DNA of 64,000 nucleotides. Origin: a virus. Shown piece after piece: positions 46,402 to 55,130 of the stretch. Within the stretch, counting starts at the first letter, position 1, and each line of letters starts with the position of its first letter. Position numbers and translations under genes: made by a program. The notes under the pieces are model-generated. The model made no database searches, was not told the DNA's origin, and saw only the letters and a program-made list of their open reading frames with translations. The stretch covers positions 64,001 to 128,000 of the IMG/VR virus record IMGVR_UViG_3300045988_179268, one strand, 5' to 3'.

Positions 46402-47571
46402 ATGGGAAATTATACGATACCGACAATTCTGCTTGTCCTCTACCTCATGCTCCTACCCGCCGTATCTTTTGCTTTGAAACGGTGGGATAAAAGTCGTGAG
46501 ATGAAGCTTATGGTGGACAATAAGGCGAAGAAAAAATCAGACCAGAGCGTATATAACCCAATTCACCCGACCTGGAAAGAGCGTCTAAAATACGCGAATA
46601 GCGACAAGCGCCATGTCGCCTTCAAGTTACATCCCCTTGTTATTAAAATGATGCCTAAGCCAGAGGTTGAAGAGGGTAAAGAGCCTGAGAAGCCGAAAGA
46701 AACTTTTGAGCTACCTCAGGTTCAGCGGCGCATGGTTACCCTTGGGGCACTGCTTTTAGGTGCGGTGTGCGCTTTTGTAGCGGCGCTTACGCCAATTCCG
46801 CATGTCTTGCTTATCTTGTCGCTGGTTCTTTGGGGTGCATACGTCGTAATTTCCCTTATATCCCCACGATGGTTCCTCAGTGAGAAAGCGAAAGTTACAC
46901 GAAAGCTCACTGACGCGGCAGAGAAGAAACTCAAAATCCCCAAGGAACTTGCCCCCGGCTGTTGGACTGTTGAATCATGGGATGACGAGACAAACCTAGA
47001 ACCAACAAAGCTAACCTTCGACATCAGCTCTGGCTTCACGGAAGGCACTGACCAGGCACTACTAAAAAACCTGAACGCAGTGCTCACCAACACCCGAACC
47101 TATGTCCTAGATGATGAAGACGGCAAGAACCCCATCGACCAAAAAGATGGCATCCTTCGCGTCCGCGCGAAACCGCCCATGCCTGTCATGGCAACGTTCG
47201 ACCCATACTATATTTTTGCCCCTGGTATTGAAGCGGGCGCTTTCGCTATCGGATTAGGTGACTCCGGTGGCGCTCAGTTACCCATTAAAGAGGGTAGCGA
47301 CACTATGGTTCAGGTTATCTATGTGAACATGTCTGGTGAAGCCGAAAAATATGCAAGCAAGCACGGCTTAAATATGGTCGCGCCACCAACCCCAATGGTT
47401 CTTATCATGGGTCCTACCGGCTCAGGTAAAGCACAGGCAATCACTGACCTTATCGAACGTACCCAGTTCTACGTATTCATTGACGGCGTTAAGACCATCG
47501 TTGAGGACATTCCTTATGACCCAGACAACCCGACACAACCCAAACCCCAATGGTCACAGGGGCAAGCCTAA
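46402..47571 (+). CDS. Membrane protein ending in the Walker-A portion of an FtsK/HerA/VirB4-superfamily ATPase
   Basis: Three hydrophobic helices, then ..AFAIGLGDSGGAQLPIKEG..PTPMVLIMGPTGSGKAQAI. The ORF stops ~45 aa after the P-loop. Confidence 0.55.
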   Translation: MGNYTIPTILLVLYLMLLPAVSFALKRWDKSREMKLMVDNKAKKKSDQSVYNPIHPTWKERLKYANSDKRHVAFKLHPLVIKMMPKPEVEEGKEPEKPKETFELPQVQRRMVTLGALLLGAVCAFVAALTPIPHVLLILSLVLWGAYVVISLISPRWFLSEKAKVTRKLTDAAEKKLKIPKELAPGCWTVESWDDETNLEPTKLTFDISSGFTEGTDQALLKNLNAVLTNTRTYVLDDEDGKNPIDQKDGILRVRAKPPMPVMATFDPYYIFAPGIEAGAFAIGLGDSGGAQLPIKEGSDTMVQVIYVNMSGEAEKYASKHGLNMVAPPTPMVLIMGPTGSGKAQAITDLIERTQFYVFIDGVKTIVEDIPYDPDNPTQPKPQWSQGQA

Positions 47572-48562
47572 GAAGCGTGTTCGACCGGGCGAAACAATCA
47601 CTATCGGTGGACGAACGCTAACTGTTGCACAGCGCAAGAAACCTAAACCGCCTAAAAAGTTTACCCATATTCCAGGTAGCGCACTTGACCTTGATTTGCG
47701 CATTAACACCGGCAAATTTGCGCCTGCCGGATTCAGCATTGATGTCGTTAGCTCATCATGGGGAGGCGCTAGTGTATTCACGCCAAGCGTAGACCCGCAC
47801 TACGGCATCTTTATTGATGACGAGGAGGAAGTACTTTGCGAAATCATGGAGAACCTTGCTGTTAGCAGAAAAGCGAGGCGGGGCGCTACCACTTGGCAAG
47901 CCCCTGTACGGGTTATCGACTGCACACCTACAGGTGAGTTTAAGAAGCGCAAGTTCCCCACGTCAATTGTCAGTAACACCTACTATGCAGAAGCGGCAAA
48001 TCAAGAGCTGAGAGTTTTAAAGCATCTAGCTACAGCGATACATGCTATCACTGAGAAAAGCATTGCGGCGGGCGCTACAGCACCTCCCAATAGGCATTAT
48101 GACCTCATGCTCTTATGGCTGACACCTGAACAAGCTGAAAACCTTGCGACCCATCACTCAGACCTGCTGGCATATGTAGCTGATACTGGCGGCACCATGC
48201 ACATTCCAGTTATCTTCATGGTGATAGGCGAAGCCCGCAAAGCAGATACATTCACAAAAATGCTTTCGCGAGCAATATTCATTGGCGAAAACAATAAGTC
48301 ATACATCCATGAAACCATCAATCAGCTAGTCGAAAGTGAAACAGGTAAACCTGTCCGCATTATCGACACAACTGCCAACAGATACCCGTTGGGATACGAA
48401 CCTGTATGGAACCCTAAGAGAAATATATTTCAATTAGCCTCGCTTTACACATTCAAGAGTCATGGCGTGTCTCTCAAAGGAACCTACCAGCAAGAAGCTA
48501 AAAACCACAACAAAGACATTTGGGACAGCTTCTTATCCAGTATCAATACCAGTGAACAATAG
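47516..48562 (+). CDS. Protein resembling the post-Walker-A part of an FtsK/HerA-like ATPase fold (degenerate Walker B). It overlaps the upstream ORF in the +1 frame.
   Basis: The track ORF starts at TTG 47480. ATG 47516 has GAGGA 8 nt upstream. VRVIDCTPTGE .. HYDLMLLWLTPEQAENL .. TGGTMHIPVIFMVIGEA .. RAIFIGENNKS follows the FtsK order (strand / Walker B position / GIHlilaTQ-like / ri.f.v-like). Confidence 0.4.
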   Translation: MTQTTRHNPNPNGHRGKPKKRVRPGETITIGGRTLTVAQRKKPKPPKKFTHIPGSALDLDLRINTGKFAPAGFSIDVVSSSWGGASVFTPSVDPHYGIFIDDEEEVLCEIMENLAVSRKARRGATTWQAPVRVIDCTPTGEFKKRKFPTSIVSNTYYAEAANQELRVLKHLATAIHAITEKSIAAGATAPPNRHYDLMLLWLTPEQAENLATHHSDLLAYVADTGGTMHIPVIFMVIGEARKADTFTKMLSRAIFIGENNKSYIHETINQLVESETGKPVRIIDTTANRYPLGYEPVWNPKRNIFQLASLYTFKSHGVSLKGTYQQEAKNHNKDIWDSFLSSINTSEQ

Positions 48563-48575
48563 CTACGGAGAACCA

Positions 48576-49484
48576 ATGCCCACTCAAACAACCGACACTA
48601 AAGAGACTACCCCTGAGCCACCCCGCATCACCTGGGAAGACCTCAATAAGCTACCTCAAAAATACCAGATTCACACTTCAACCGAAGTGGTGACAGTTGG
48701 CGACCTGCGCAAAGGCGACTGGGTACGTGACGATGAGAATAACATCCAGCCAATCCTCCACCTATTCCCAATACACGTACCTGCCCGCCAATTCGAAATT
48801 CAGCTAATCACAGGAGCCAAAGGAAAATACGGCGACACACACCTCATCAAATACACTATGGAAACAGACCGCCACCTATTCCATGAACGCCTCAAACACT
48901 CCCGCCGCGCCCTAAAACAGCTCAGCAAGAAGTCAATTAGCGTCTTAGAATATATGGCTGACCTGCCAAGTGACAAGAACCCACCTTGTACGGCACACAA
49001 CCTATTTATGGCGCTTTCACCGCACACATGGGGAAGTGCCCTATCCTGGAACGGCGCTAACGACACCGCCGATATTGCCAATCTGCGCGTAACCATCAAT
49101 AGGGTACTTGAAGCAATCGGTCCCATCGCGGAAGACACCATCAACTACAGGGATTTTGCGGCTATGTTTTTCCCCGAGACACTGGAAGCCGAAGAAAACC
49201 CCCTTGAGACATCCACCACAGAGGTAGTACGGAGATACGACACACAAAAAGCGGCACAGCAACTACTGCTACTCCTAAATACTCGAAAGTATGCCAAGAA
49301 GTACGCCAAGAAGCTCCCGTGGTACTGGTATATGAACCCCGGAAGGTACAACTATGGCGGCATTGAAATCGGTCACATCGTCACAGCAGAAGAACTCTAT
49401 GAGCTGTCCAAACAACTAAAAGAAGCCGAAACTAATGACAAAGAAGCCGATAATAGCCTAGTGGATATTGAGCTTCCAAATTAA
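48576..49484 (+). CDS. Hypothetical protein (faint Hint-like N-terminal pattern)
   Basis: Start moved to ATG 48576 (GGAG upstream). VVTVGDLRKGDWVRDDENNIQPILHLF is only loosely Hint-like. Confidence 0.4.
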   Translation: MPTQTTDTKETTPEPPRITWEDLNKLPQKYQIHTSTEVVTVGDLRKGDWVRDDENNIQPILHLFPIHVPARQFEIQLITGAKGKYGDTHLIKYTMETDRHLFHERLKHSRRALKQLSKKSISVLEYMADLPSDKNPPCTAHNLFMALSPHTWGSALSWNGANDTADIANLRVTINRVLEAIGPIAEDTINYRDFAAMFFPETLEAEENPLETSTTEVVRRYDTQKAAQQLLLLLNTRKYAKKYAKKLPWYWYMNPGRYNYGGIEIGHIVTAEELYELSKQLKEAETNDKEADNSLVDIELPN

Positions 49485-49573
49485 CCCCCAAATCTAGCAT
49501 GTGGCACTAGCAAGCCGCGTGCTAGACTTGTCTCTGCTAAGTAATTTAAGAGGCACCAGACCATGAGGACGAC

Positions 49574-51010
49574 ATGCGTAACCAAGGAAACGAACTGCAC
49601 AAAAAGTACGTTGAACTACAGCACTGGGTTATTGGGGTAACCCTAGCTGACCCAGAAAACCACGCCCACGCACTCATCAACAAGGTTCACCCTAACGCCA
49701 TTCAAGAACCATCGCTAACACCCATCAGGAACGCGATTAAGCAAATTGTTGAAGATGGAGGAGCACCACCAACAGGTAGCGACGTTGCCCTCTGGTTGCA
49801 AAGATATGACCAGGCGGGCTACAATGCCGCCGGTCAAGAAGCAGGTATTGCAAACCTTGTAGACATGGGCGAGGAAGCCATTGTTGAGCACAATAATATC
49901 TCCATCATCCATGAGACGCTAAACGCCGCCGCATTTCATTCAGAGGTGCAAGACCTCACCAGCCGCTTCTACAACAACATTGAATCGGTTCCATACAGTG
50001 AGCTTTCAAGCTTTGCAGAGCAAGCTATCCAGAAACTTCAAGACCTCCGCGTGTCCTACTCGTCAAACGTTGATGAGTACACACATACGGCGGCTGAAAT
50101 TATGGAAGACCTTGACAAAGAGCTTAAAGAGATTAAAGCTGGTGGAAAGCAACTAGGTATCCCTCTGCGCAACTTTCCGCGTCTCAGCCAATACATTGGT
50201 GGTCTACAGCCAGGCAACCTTACTGTCGTTGCCGCGCGCCCTGCAATCGGCAAGACAACTTTCTGCTGTAACATTATCGCCCCGTTGTGCGAGGCGGGTC
50301 TTAGCGTGCAATTTTTCTCTATCGAAATGGGTTCGAAAGAGATTATGAAAAACATTCTGTCCTGCCGTTATGGAATCCCCCGCCCAGACTTCCATAAAGA
50401 AGAAGGGCTGACCCCTCAGATGGAAGAAGTCTTTGATGCGGCAAAGCCAAAAATCTCGCACTGGAAGTTCAGGACTGTCGAAAAAAGCGGCATCAACGTC
50501 ATGGAAATTCGACAGAAAGCAAAAGAGCTTGCAGAATCCGAAGATGGGCTGGATGTCGTAGTCGTAGACTACATCCAAATCGTTAAGCCTGACCAAGACA
50601 AAGGAACGACGCAGGACAACCTAGCTTACGTAACATACCAACTGAAATTCCTTGCAATGGAACTAGGTGTGCCAGTAGTAGCCACATGTCAGCTTGCTCG
50701 ACCGGCAACGAACGAGAAAGAGCAACCGCCCACAGCGTCCAGTATTCGAGGCTCTGACGCAATCTTCCAAGCGGCGAACCACCTTATTGGTCTGCATCGT
50801 GACCGTGAAGAGATGCCTGACACTACAGACATGCTTATTCTTAAGAACCGCTCAGGTCCCGCCGACATCACTATCCCCGTCGATACAGCGCTAAATATCT
50901 GTTTCTTCGCGGAAGATATGAACGAAATCTTAGCGGCACAGCGACGCGAAGATATTGCCAGCCCAGCACCTATCGAACCATCAAGGGCGTACAGTATTGA
51001 CGACTACTAA
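49574..51010 (+). CDS. dnaB: Replicative DNA helicase DnaB
   Basis: LTVVAARPAIGKTTFCCNI (Walker A), VVVVDYIQIV (Walker B), VPVVATCQLAR, GSDAIFQAANHLIGLHRD. Confidence 0.85.
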   Translation: MRNQGNELHKKYVELQHWVIGVTLADPENHAHALINKVHPNAIQEPSLTPIRNAIKQIVEDGGAPPTGSDVALWLQRYDQAGYNAAGQEAGIANLVDMGEEAIVEHNNISIIHETLNAAAFHSEVQDLTSRFYNNIESVPYSELSSFAEQAIQKLQDLRVSYSSNVDEYTHTAAEIMEDLDKELKEIKAGGKQLGIPLRNFPRLSQYIGGLQPGNLTVVAARPAIGKTTFCCNIIAPLCEAGLSVQFFSIEMGSKEIMKNILSCRYGIPRPDFHKEEGLTPQMEEVFDAAKPKISHWKFRTVEKSGINVMEIRQKAKELAESEDGLDVVVVDYIQIVKPDQDKGTTQDNLAYVTYQLKFLAMELGVPVVATCQLARPATNEKEQPPTASSIRGSDAIFQAANHLIGLHRDREEMPDTTDMLILKNRSGPADITIPVDTALNICFFAEDMNEILAAQRREDIASPAPIEPSRAYSIDDY

Positions 51011-51026
51011 GAGAAAGAAAGAATAA

Positions 51027-51386
51027 ATGCTAGTGCCCGGTATTGACTACCAGCCACTTAAAGAACTTGACGACCCTAAACACCGCACGACGGAACAACG
51101 TCTAGCAATTTTTAAAACAGTCTATGCTGACAGAGTGCGCCCCCAAGCGACCTATGGAAATTATTTCAGGAGATGGGGTCACGGAAGAATCTTCGGCACG
51201 ATTTTCCGAATCTACGAAAAGAAAATTATGCCCCAAAACGAGGTGAAACCCGAAGACTTTTCCGCTATCCTTGAAAGCATGTATAAGAAAGGCGTGCTCA
51301 TTACAGAGCAGTCATACGAAACGTTCCAGCGGGACTACCTAAAGAAGCGTGAAAGTGAGGTTGAATATGGCGACTGGGAAACGTAG
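51027..51386 (+). CDS. Hypothetical protein
   Basis: ORF only. Confidence 0.4.
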   Translation: MLVPGIDYQPLKELDDPKHRTTEQRLAIFKTVYADRVRPQATYGNYFRRWGHGRIFGTIFRIYEKKIMPQNEVKPEDFSAILESMYKKGVLITEQSYETFQRDYLKKRESEVEYGDWET

Positions 51387-52233
51387 CAAAAAGGCTGTAC
51401 ACAGCCTACAGGCTCTAACAGACTCCCTCGCGGCAGAACGCAATAACGCGCCTCACAATGCGGACGGTTTCAATAAGCCCATTTATAGGCATAATGAAAT
51501 CAACTACGACGCGCTTAATAACGTGGTTAATGAGATGGGCGAACGTGGCGGCGAACGCATCAAAGTGAATAACCGTGAACTTATTGAAGCGACTCTTGAT
51601 AAATTCGAGACGACGCTCATGCCTAAGCTTTACCGAGGGAAAAGCAGTCTCGTAACACTTTCAAGAAGTGACCATAACGGCGTTTCGGGCTTGGCTAAGA
51701 AAATAATGAGCACTCTTGATAAAGCGCCTAACCAGCGTGTCCCCTTGTTCATTCACATGCCAGATGTGATGGTCGATGCAAATATGCACGCATGGGGTGC
51801 AATTATGCGGTACGTTGCGAGAGGGCTACTCATCTCTTCACGATTTGTGAAAGTAGATGAGAGTGAGCTTCTTACCAAGAACAGGTCAGGTTTTACCGGC
51901 ACTCAGAAAAACGCGAGCCTTACGGAACAGAAAGCTGACGTGGTACTTTTTTCTGCCGCTGACATTGATGCGTACAACCCAACAGAAGCGGCAACCCTGG
52001 CAATGCTTTTCCGCCACTGGGCTGAGAGTGAAACAGCGGTTATAGTTGTATCGCCTCGACCCTTTGAAACCTGGCTAAGTCGCTTACCTCGCGAGGTTCA
52101 ACCAATGGTTGCTACACTGTTTGCAGGGAACATTATAGAACCCCCACGGAAGGCAAATGGCAACCGTAGGGCAGGCGCTAAATCTCAGGCTTCCACGCAG
52201 GGACTTAACCACGCCGCCCTACAGGGTCTTTAA
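51367..52233 (+). CDS. DnaC/IstB-like helicase-loader homologue with degenerate Walker A and B
   Basis: SSLVTLSRSDHNGVSGLAKKIMSTL sits where G.PGtGKThLA is expected. KADVVLFSAADIDAYNPTEAATLAMLFRHW sits where LLILDDlG....e.lf.li..R is expected. AVIVVSPRPFETWLSRLP parallels tiiTSN...eW. Start moved to ATG 51367. Confidence 0.35.
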   Translation: MATGKRSKKAVHSLQALTDSLAAERNNAPHNADGFNKPIYRHNEINYDALNNVVNEMGERGGERIKVNNRELIEATLDKFETTLMPKLYRGKSSLVTLSRSDHNGVSGLAKKIMSTLDKAPNQRVPLFIHMPDVMVDANMHAWGAIMRYVARGLLISSRFVKVDESELLTKNRSGFTGTQKNASLTEQKADVVLFSAADIDAYNPTEAATLAMLFRHWAESETAVIVVSPRPFETWLSRLPREVQPMVATLFAGNIIEPPRKANGNRRAGAKSQASTQGLNHAALQGL

Positions 52234-52265
52234 CCATATTTCACCCAACTAAGGAGAACTAACCC

Positions 52266-53492
52266 ATGTCCACGAAGATTACCCTCACCGCAACTATTCA
52301 GAACGTATCTACTGCCCTCAAATGGATTCTTGACATGAGGGCTACAAGTGTTACCCTCACCATCGACCCCGACAACAACAAAGCGGAGTTCCGCCACACC
52401 AGTAAAATGGGTGAGCTAATCCCCGGATACCGTGAGCACCCTATCACATGCGAAAAAATTACCGGCGACAGGAAAGTGTCTGTCTACCTCGACAGTCCCG
52501 ACCAGCTGAGCAAGGCATTGAAACTTGCAAACATCGAGAAGACCGATAATAAGCTGTGTACTATTATTGTGAAGCTTACGGACACTGGCTCTGTGGATTC
52601 AGTGAAGATGACCGCAGGCGCGAACAATGCAGTGTTGGACACGTCTAAGCTTTCTCGTTCAAAGAAGCCGCATATCTCTGTTATTGGGTCTGTGCCTAGT
52701 TCCAATATTAATAACAGCATCAGGATTGCGCGTTCTATTAACTATAGGGATGACCCGTCTGGTCGATACGTTATTTTTAAGCTCAATGAGGAAAACCAGC
52801 TTGAGGTGATGACTTCCGCTAGTGTGCCTATGAACTCGGTGGCGCTTATCTACACGGCTCCATTCATTGCGCCTCTAAGCAACACGGACGAAGGGTTGGC
52901 GGCAACAGAAAACCTCAAAGTTGGTATTTCCATCACGCCAGAGCTTCATAACTTCACCGCTGAGCACACTGAGCTTATTTGCGGCTCCAACGAGAACTTC
53001 CTCGCCTTTGGATTCCGAGACACGGAGACTGGCGCTATCGCCCTCTACACTGACCGTGACGTTAAGCCGGAAGCAATTCAGTCGTTCAGGTCATTCTTCA
53101 CGAAGCTGAGCTCCCTTGAGCTTTCCCGTCAGCTGGAGATTGACATGGGGCACCTCAAGGAAACCCTTCTCACTATGTCCTCTGTTAATAACGATGTAAC
53201 GGAAGCAGACATTGACATGTTGGAGGACGGAAAAGTCCTTGTCCGTCTGGGTGACTGGGTGACGGAACTTACTGCAACAAATAAGGATGAGTCTCCAAAG
53301 GCGATTACTGCCCGAGTAGACTACCGCGCCTTCACTCAGTTTGTGACTGCAAGGACTGGCAGGACAGCAACTATTGGATTCCAGCCTACACCGCCCAGCC
53401 CAAGTACAGCCGACCTTGCTATTCATACATCAGATGACGGTGGCGGACACCTCTTCGTTGTAAGCCAGTGCCACAAGGTACAGGATAAGTAG
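52266..53492 (+). CDS. Possible divergent sliding-clamp (DnaN-like) protein
   Basis: ~400 aa. Repeating beta-rich modules, ..RVDYRAFTQFVTA..TATIGFQP.. near the C-terminus, and terminal ..HLFVVSQ resemble the end of beta clamps (..fN.kYl.d.l...v.l.f.. / ..yvimPmr). Sits next to dnaB and the loader-like gene. Confidence 0.3.
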   Translation: MSTKITLTATIQNVSTALKWILDMRATSVTLTIDPDNNKAEFRHTSKMGELIPGYREHPITCEKITGDRKVSVYLDSPDQLSKALKLANIEKTDNKLCTIIVKLTDTGSVDSVKMTAGANNAVLDTSKLSRSKKPHISVIGSVPSSNINNSIRIARSINYRDDPSGRYVIFKLNEENQLEVMTSASVPMNSVALIYTAPFIAPLSNTDEGLAATENLKVGISITPELHNFTAEHTELICGSNENFLAFGFRDTETGAIALYTDRDVKPEAIQSFRSFFTKLSSLELSRQLEIDMGHLKETLLTMSSVNNDVTEADIDMLEDGKVLVRLGDWVTELTATNKDESPKAITARVDYRAFTQFVTARTGRTATIGFQPTPPSPSTADLAIHTSDDGGGHLFVVSQCHKVQDK

Positions 53493-53526
53493 CTCATATA
53501 AGATGCTTTAGGCACCAAGGGATAAG

Positions 53527-54174
53527 ATGACAGCAAATTATAACTATCTGCCAATCATTATCCCTTGGTGCCTTTTCCTTATTAGTGCATTCACTCAGCC
53601 CCCAGAATGGCTGAAACCTCGAAATAAAGCACGTAAACTATGGGTGCAAGCCCACCTGCTTGCCGTTTTACCCGCCACTATAATTGCCGTAGCTTTACAA
53701 ACCCACCCCTGGTATGCCAATAATATTCCAGCTACAGCAGGTGCTTCAATTCTCACCTACATGTACATCCAATCATCTTGGACAGATATGCAGTACCGCA
53801 AAGCAAGCGAATCACACCTTATGCATGGGTGGGCGCTATTTGTTGTTACAGCCGCCCTATACCATGATGCTAACACAGTAGCGTCTTCATTAGCCGCCCT
53901 ATTCCTAACGGCTTTAATGCGCCGATGGTGGGCTGGAGATGCCACGGCACTATGTGTCGCCGTAACCTGCGTTTCCCCAATCCTCATGGCGAACCCTGAC
54001 TCAATGGTAGCGTTTGGGGCATCAATGCTTTTTGTGGTCATTACTGCGCTAATCACGGCGGTACTTTCTTCAAGCAAAAAGCCGATTAAAATACCTCTAA
54101 TACCCATTGCACTTGCGCCTTTCTTGCTCATGCCTGCGATATATATGCTCACCCCTGCTATGGTTCAAGCGTAA
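53527..54174 (+). CDS. Polytopic membrane protein, possibly A24 (prepilin-peptidase-like) family
   Basis: Six hydrophobic helices. SWTDMQYRKAS and RRWWAGDATALCVAV sit where the two Asp motifs of TadV/CpaA-type peptidases occur. Confidence 0.3.
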   Translation: MTANYNYLPIIIPWCLFLISAFTQPPEWLKPRNKARKLWVQAHLLAVLPATIIAVALQTHPWYANNIPATAGASILTYMYIQSSWTDMQYRKASESHLMHGWALFVVTAALYHDANTVASSLAALFLTALMRRWWAGDATALCVAVTCVSPILMANPDSMVAFGASMLFVVITALITAVLSSSKKPIKIPLIPIALAPFLLMPAIYMLTPAMVQA

Positions 54175-54207
54175 ATATGCTAACCCGCTAGTAAGGACGT
54201 GCAACGC

Positions 54208-55113
54208 ATGGTCGAAGTGCCCACCGAAGAAATTGAAGTTGTTAGCAATGGTGATACGGCAGATACCGTAGAGCTTTTTCATAAAGGGGAAGAGCTTACC
54301 GCTGACGACGGCGCAAAACTAACCAAAGCCATCTCTGCAACTTCCGAAGCGCTATGGAGGCTCCTATATCTCGCGCACAGTTCAGAAGTTTACAAGAAGC
54401 AGGGCTTTAAAACGTGGAAAGAATACATTGAAAAGAACTTTAGTGGTTCTTTATCCTCAGCCAATGCTTTAGTGACGCAGGGCGCTGTTATTGAAGGAAT
54501 CACGCAAGCCGCCCCCGAGGGTGTAGACATTCACATCACTCAGGCTCAAGCGCGGAACCTGAAAAAGGTTATTGAAGAAGTTGCCGCTGTAGTTGCTGAA
54601 CGCACAGCAGGTAAAACCGCCGAAGAAGCCGAAGAAATTATCCGCGAAACAGTGGATGAAAAGCTGGAAGAAATTAACGCCGCAAAGGAAGCTGAGAAGG
54701 CGAAAAAAGCCGAAGAGCAAAAGAAAATTGAGGCGGAACAGCAAATGTATGAAGCCGCCGCAACAGAAATTATCCGCCAAGCCGAAGCTGAACATGGCAT
54801 CTACACGGTAGACGGCATAGACGGTGACTCATCCGAAGAACCTGAATACGAATACACCCTGGACGAAGAAGACGACTACGCGCTAGAAGCTGAGACTGAA
54901 CATAAGGCGAAAGCCCTAAAGAACCTTTACACCACTATTGGTAAAGCAAGCTCATTGCCAGACGGTAAAGAAGCGCTAGAACTCATACCGCATGAAAGAG
55001 TCACCAAGACCCACACGGAATTGTCTGAGCTTGAACAGAAAATCCACGACATCATCGTAGCGATTGAAAGCCGCTATGGTAACAGTATCCTGCGCAACAC
55101 TATGAGCAACTAA
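54208..55113 (+). CDS. Acidic coiled-coil protein with an HTH-like N-terminal region
   Basis: ..YKKQGFKTWKEYIEKNFSGSLSSANALVTQ.. followed by a Glu/Lys/Ala-rich helix. The GTG 54199 alternative start was not preferred. Confidence 0.45.
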   Translation: MVEVPTEEIEVVSNGDTADTVELFHKGEELTADDGAKLTKAISATSEALWRLLYLAHSSEVYKKQGFKTWKEYIEKNFSGSLSSANALVTQGAVIEGITQAAPEGVDIHITQAQARNLKKVIEEVAAVVAERTAGKTAEEAEEIIRETVDEKLEEINAAKEAEKAKKAEEQKKIEAEQQMYEAAATEIIRQAEAEHGIYTVDGIDGDSSEEPEYEYTLDEEDDYALEAETEHKAKALKNLYTTIGKASSLPDGKEALELIPHERVTKTHTELSELEQKIHDIIVAIESRYGNSILRNTMSN

Positions 55114-55130
55114 CTAGAGGAGAACCCAAT

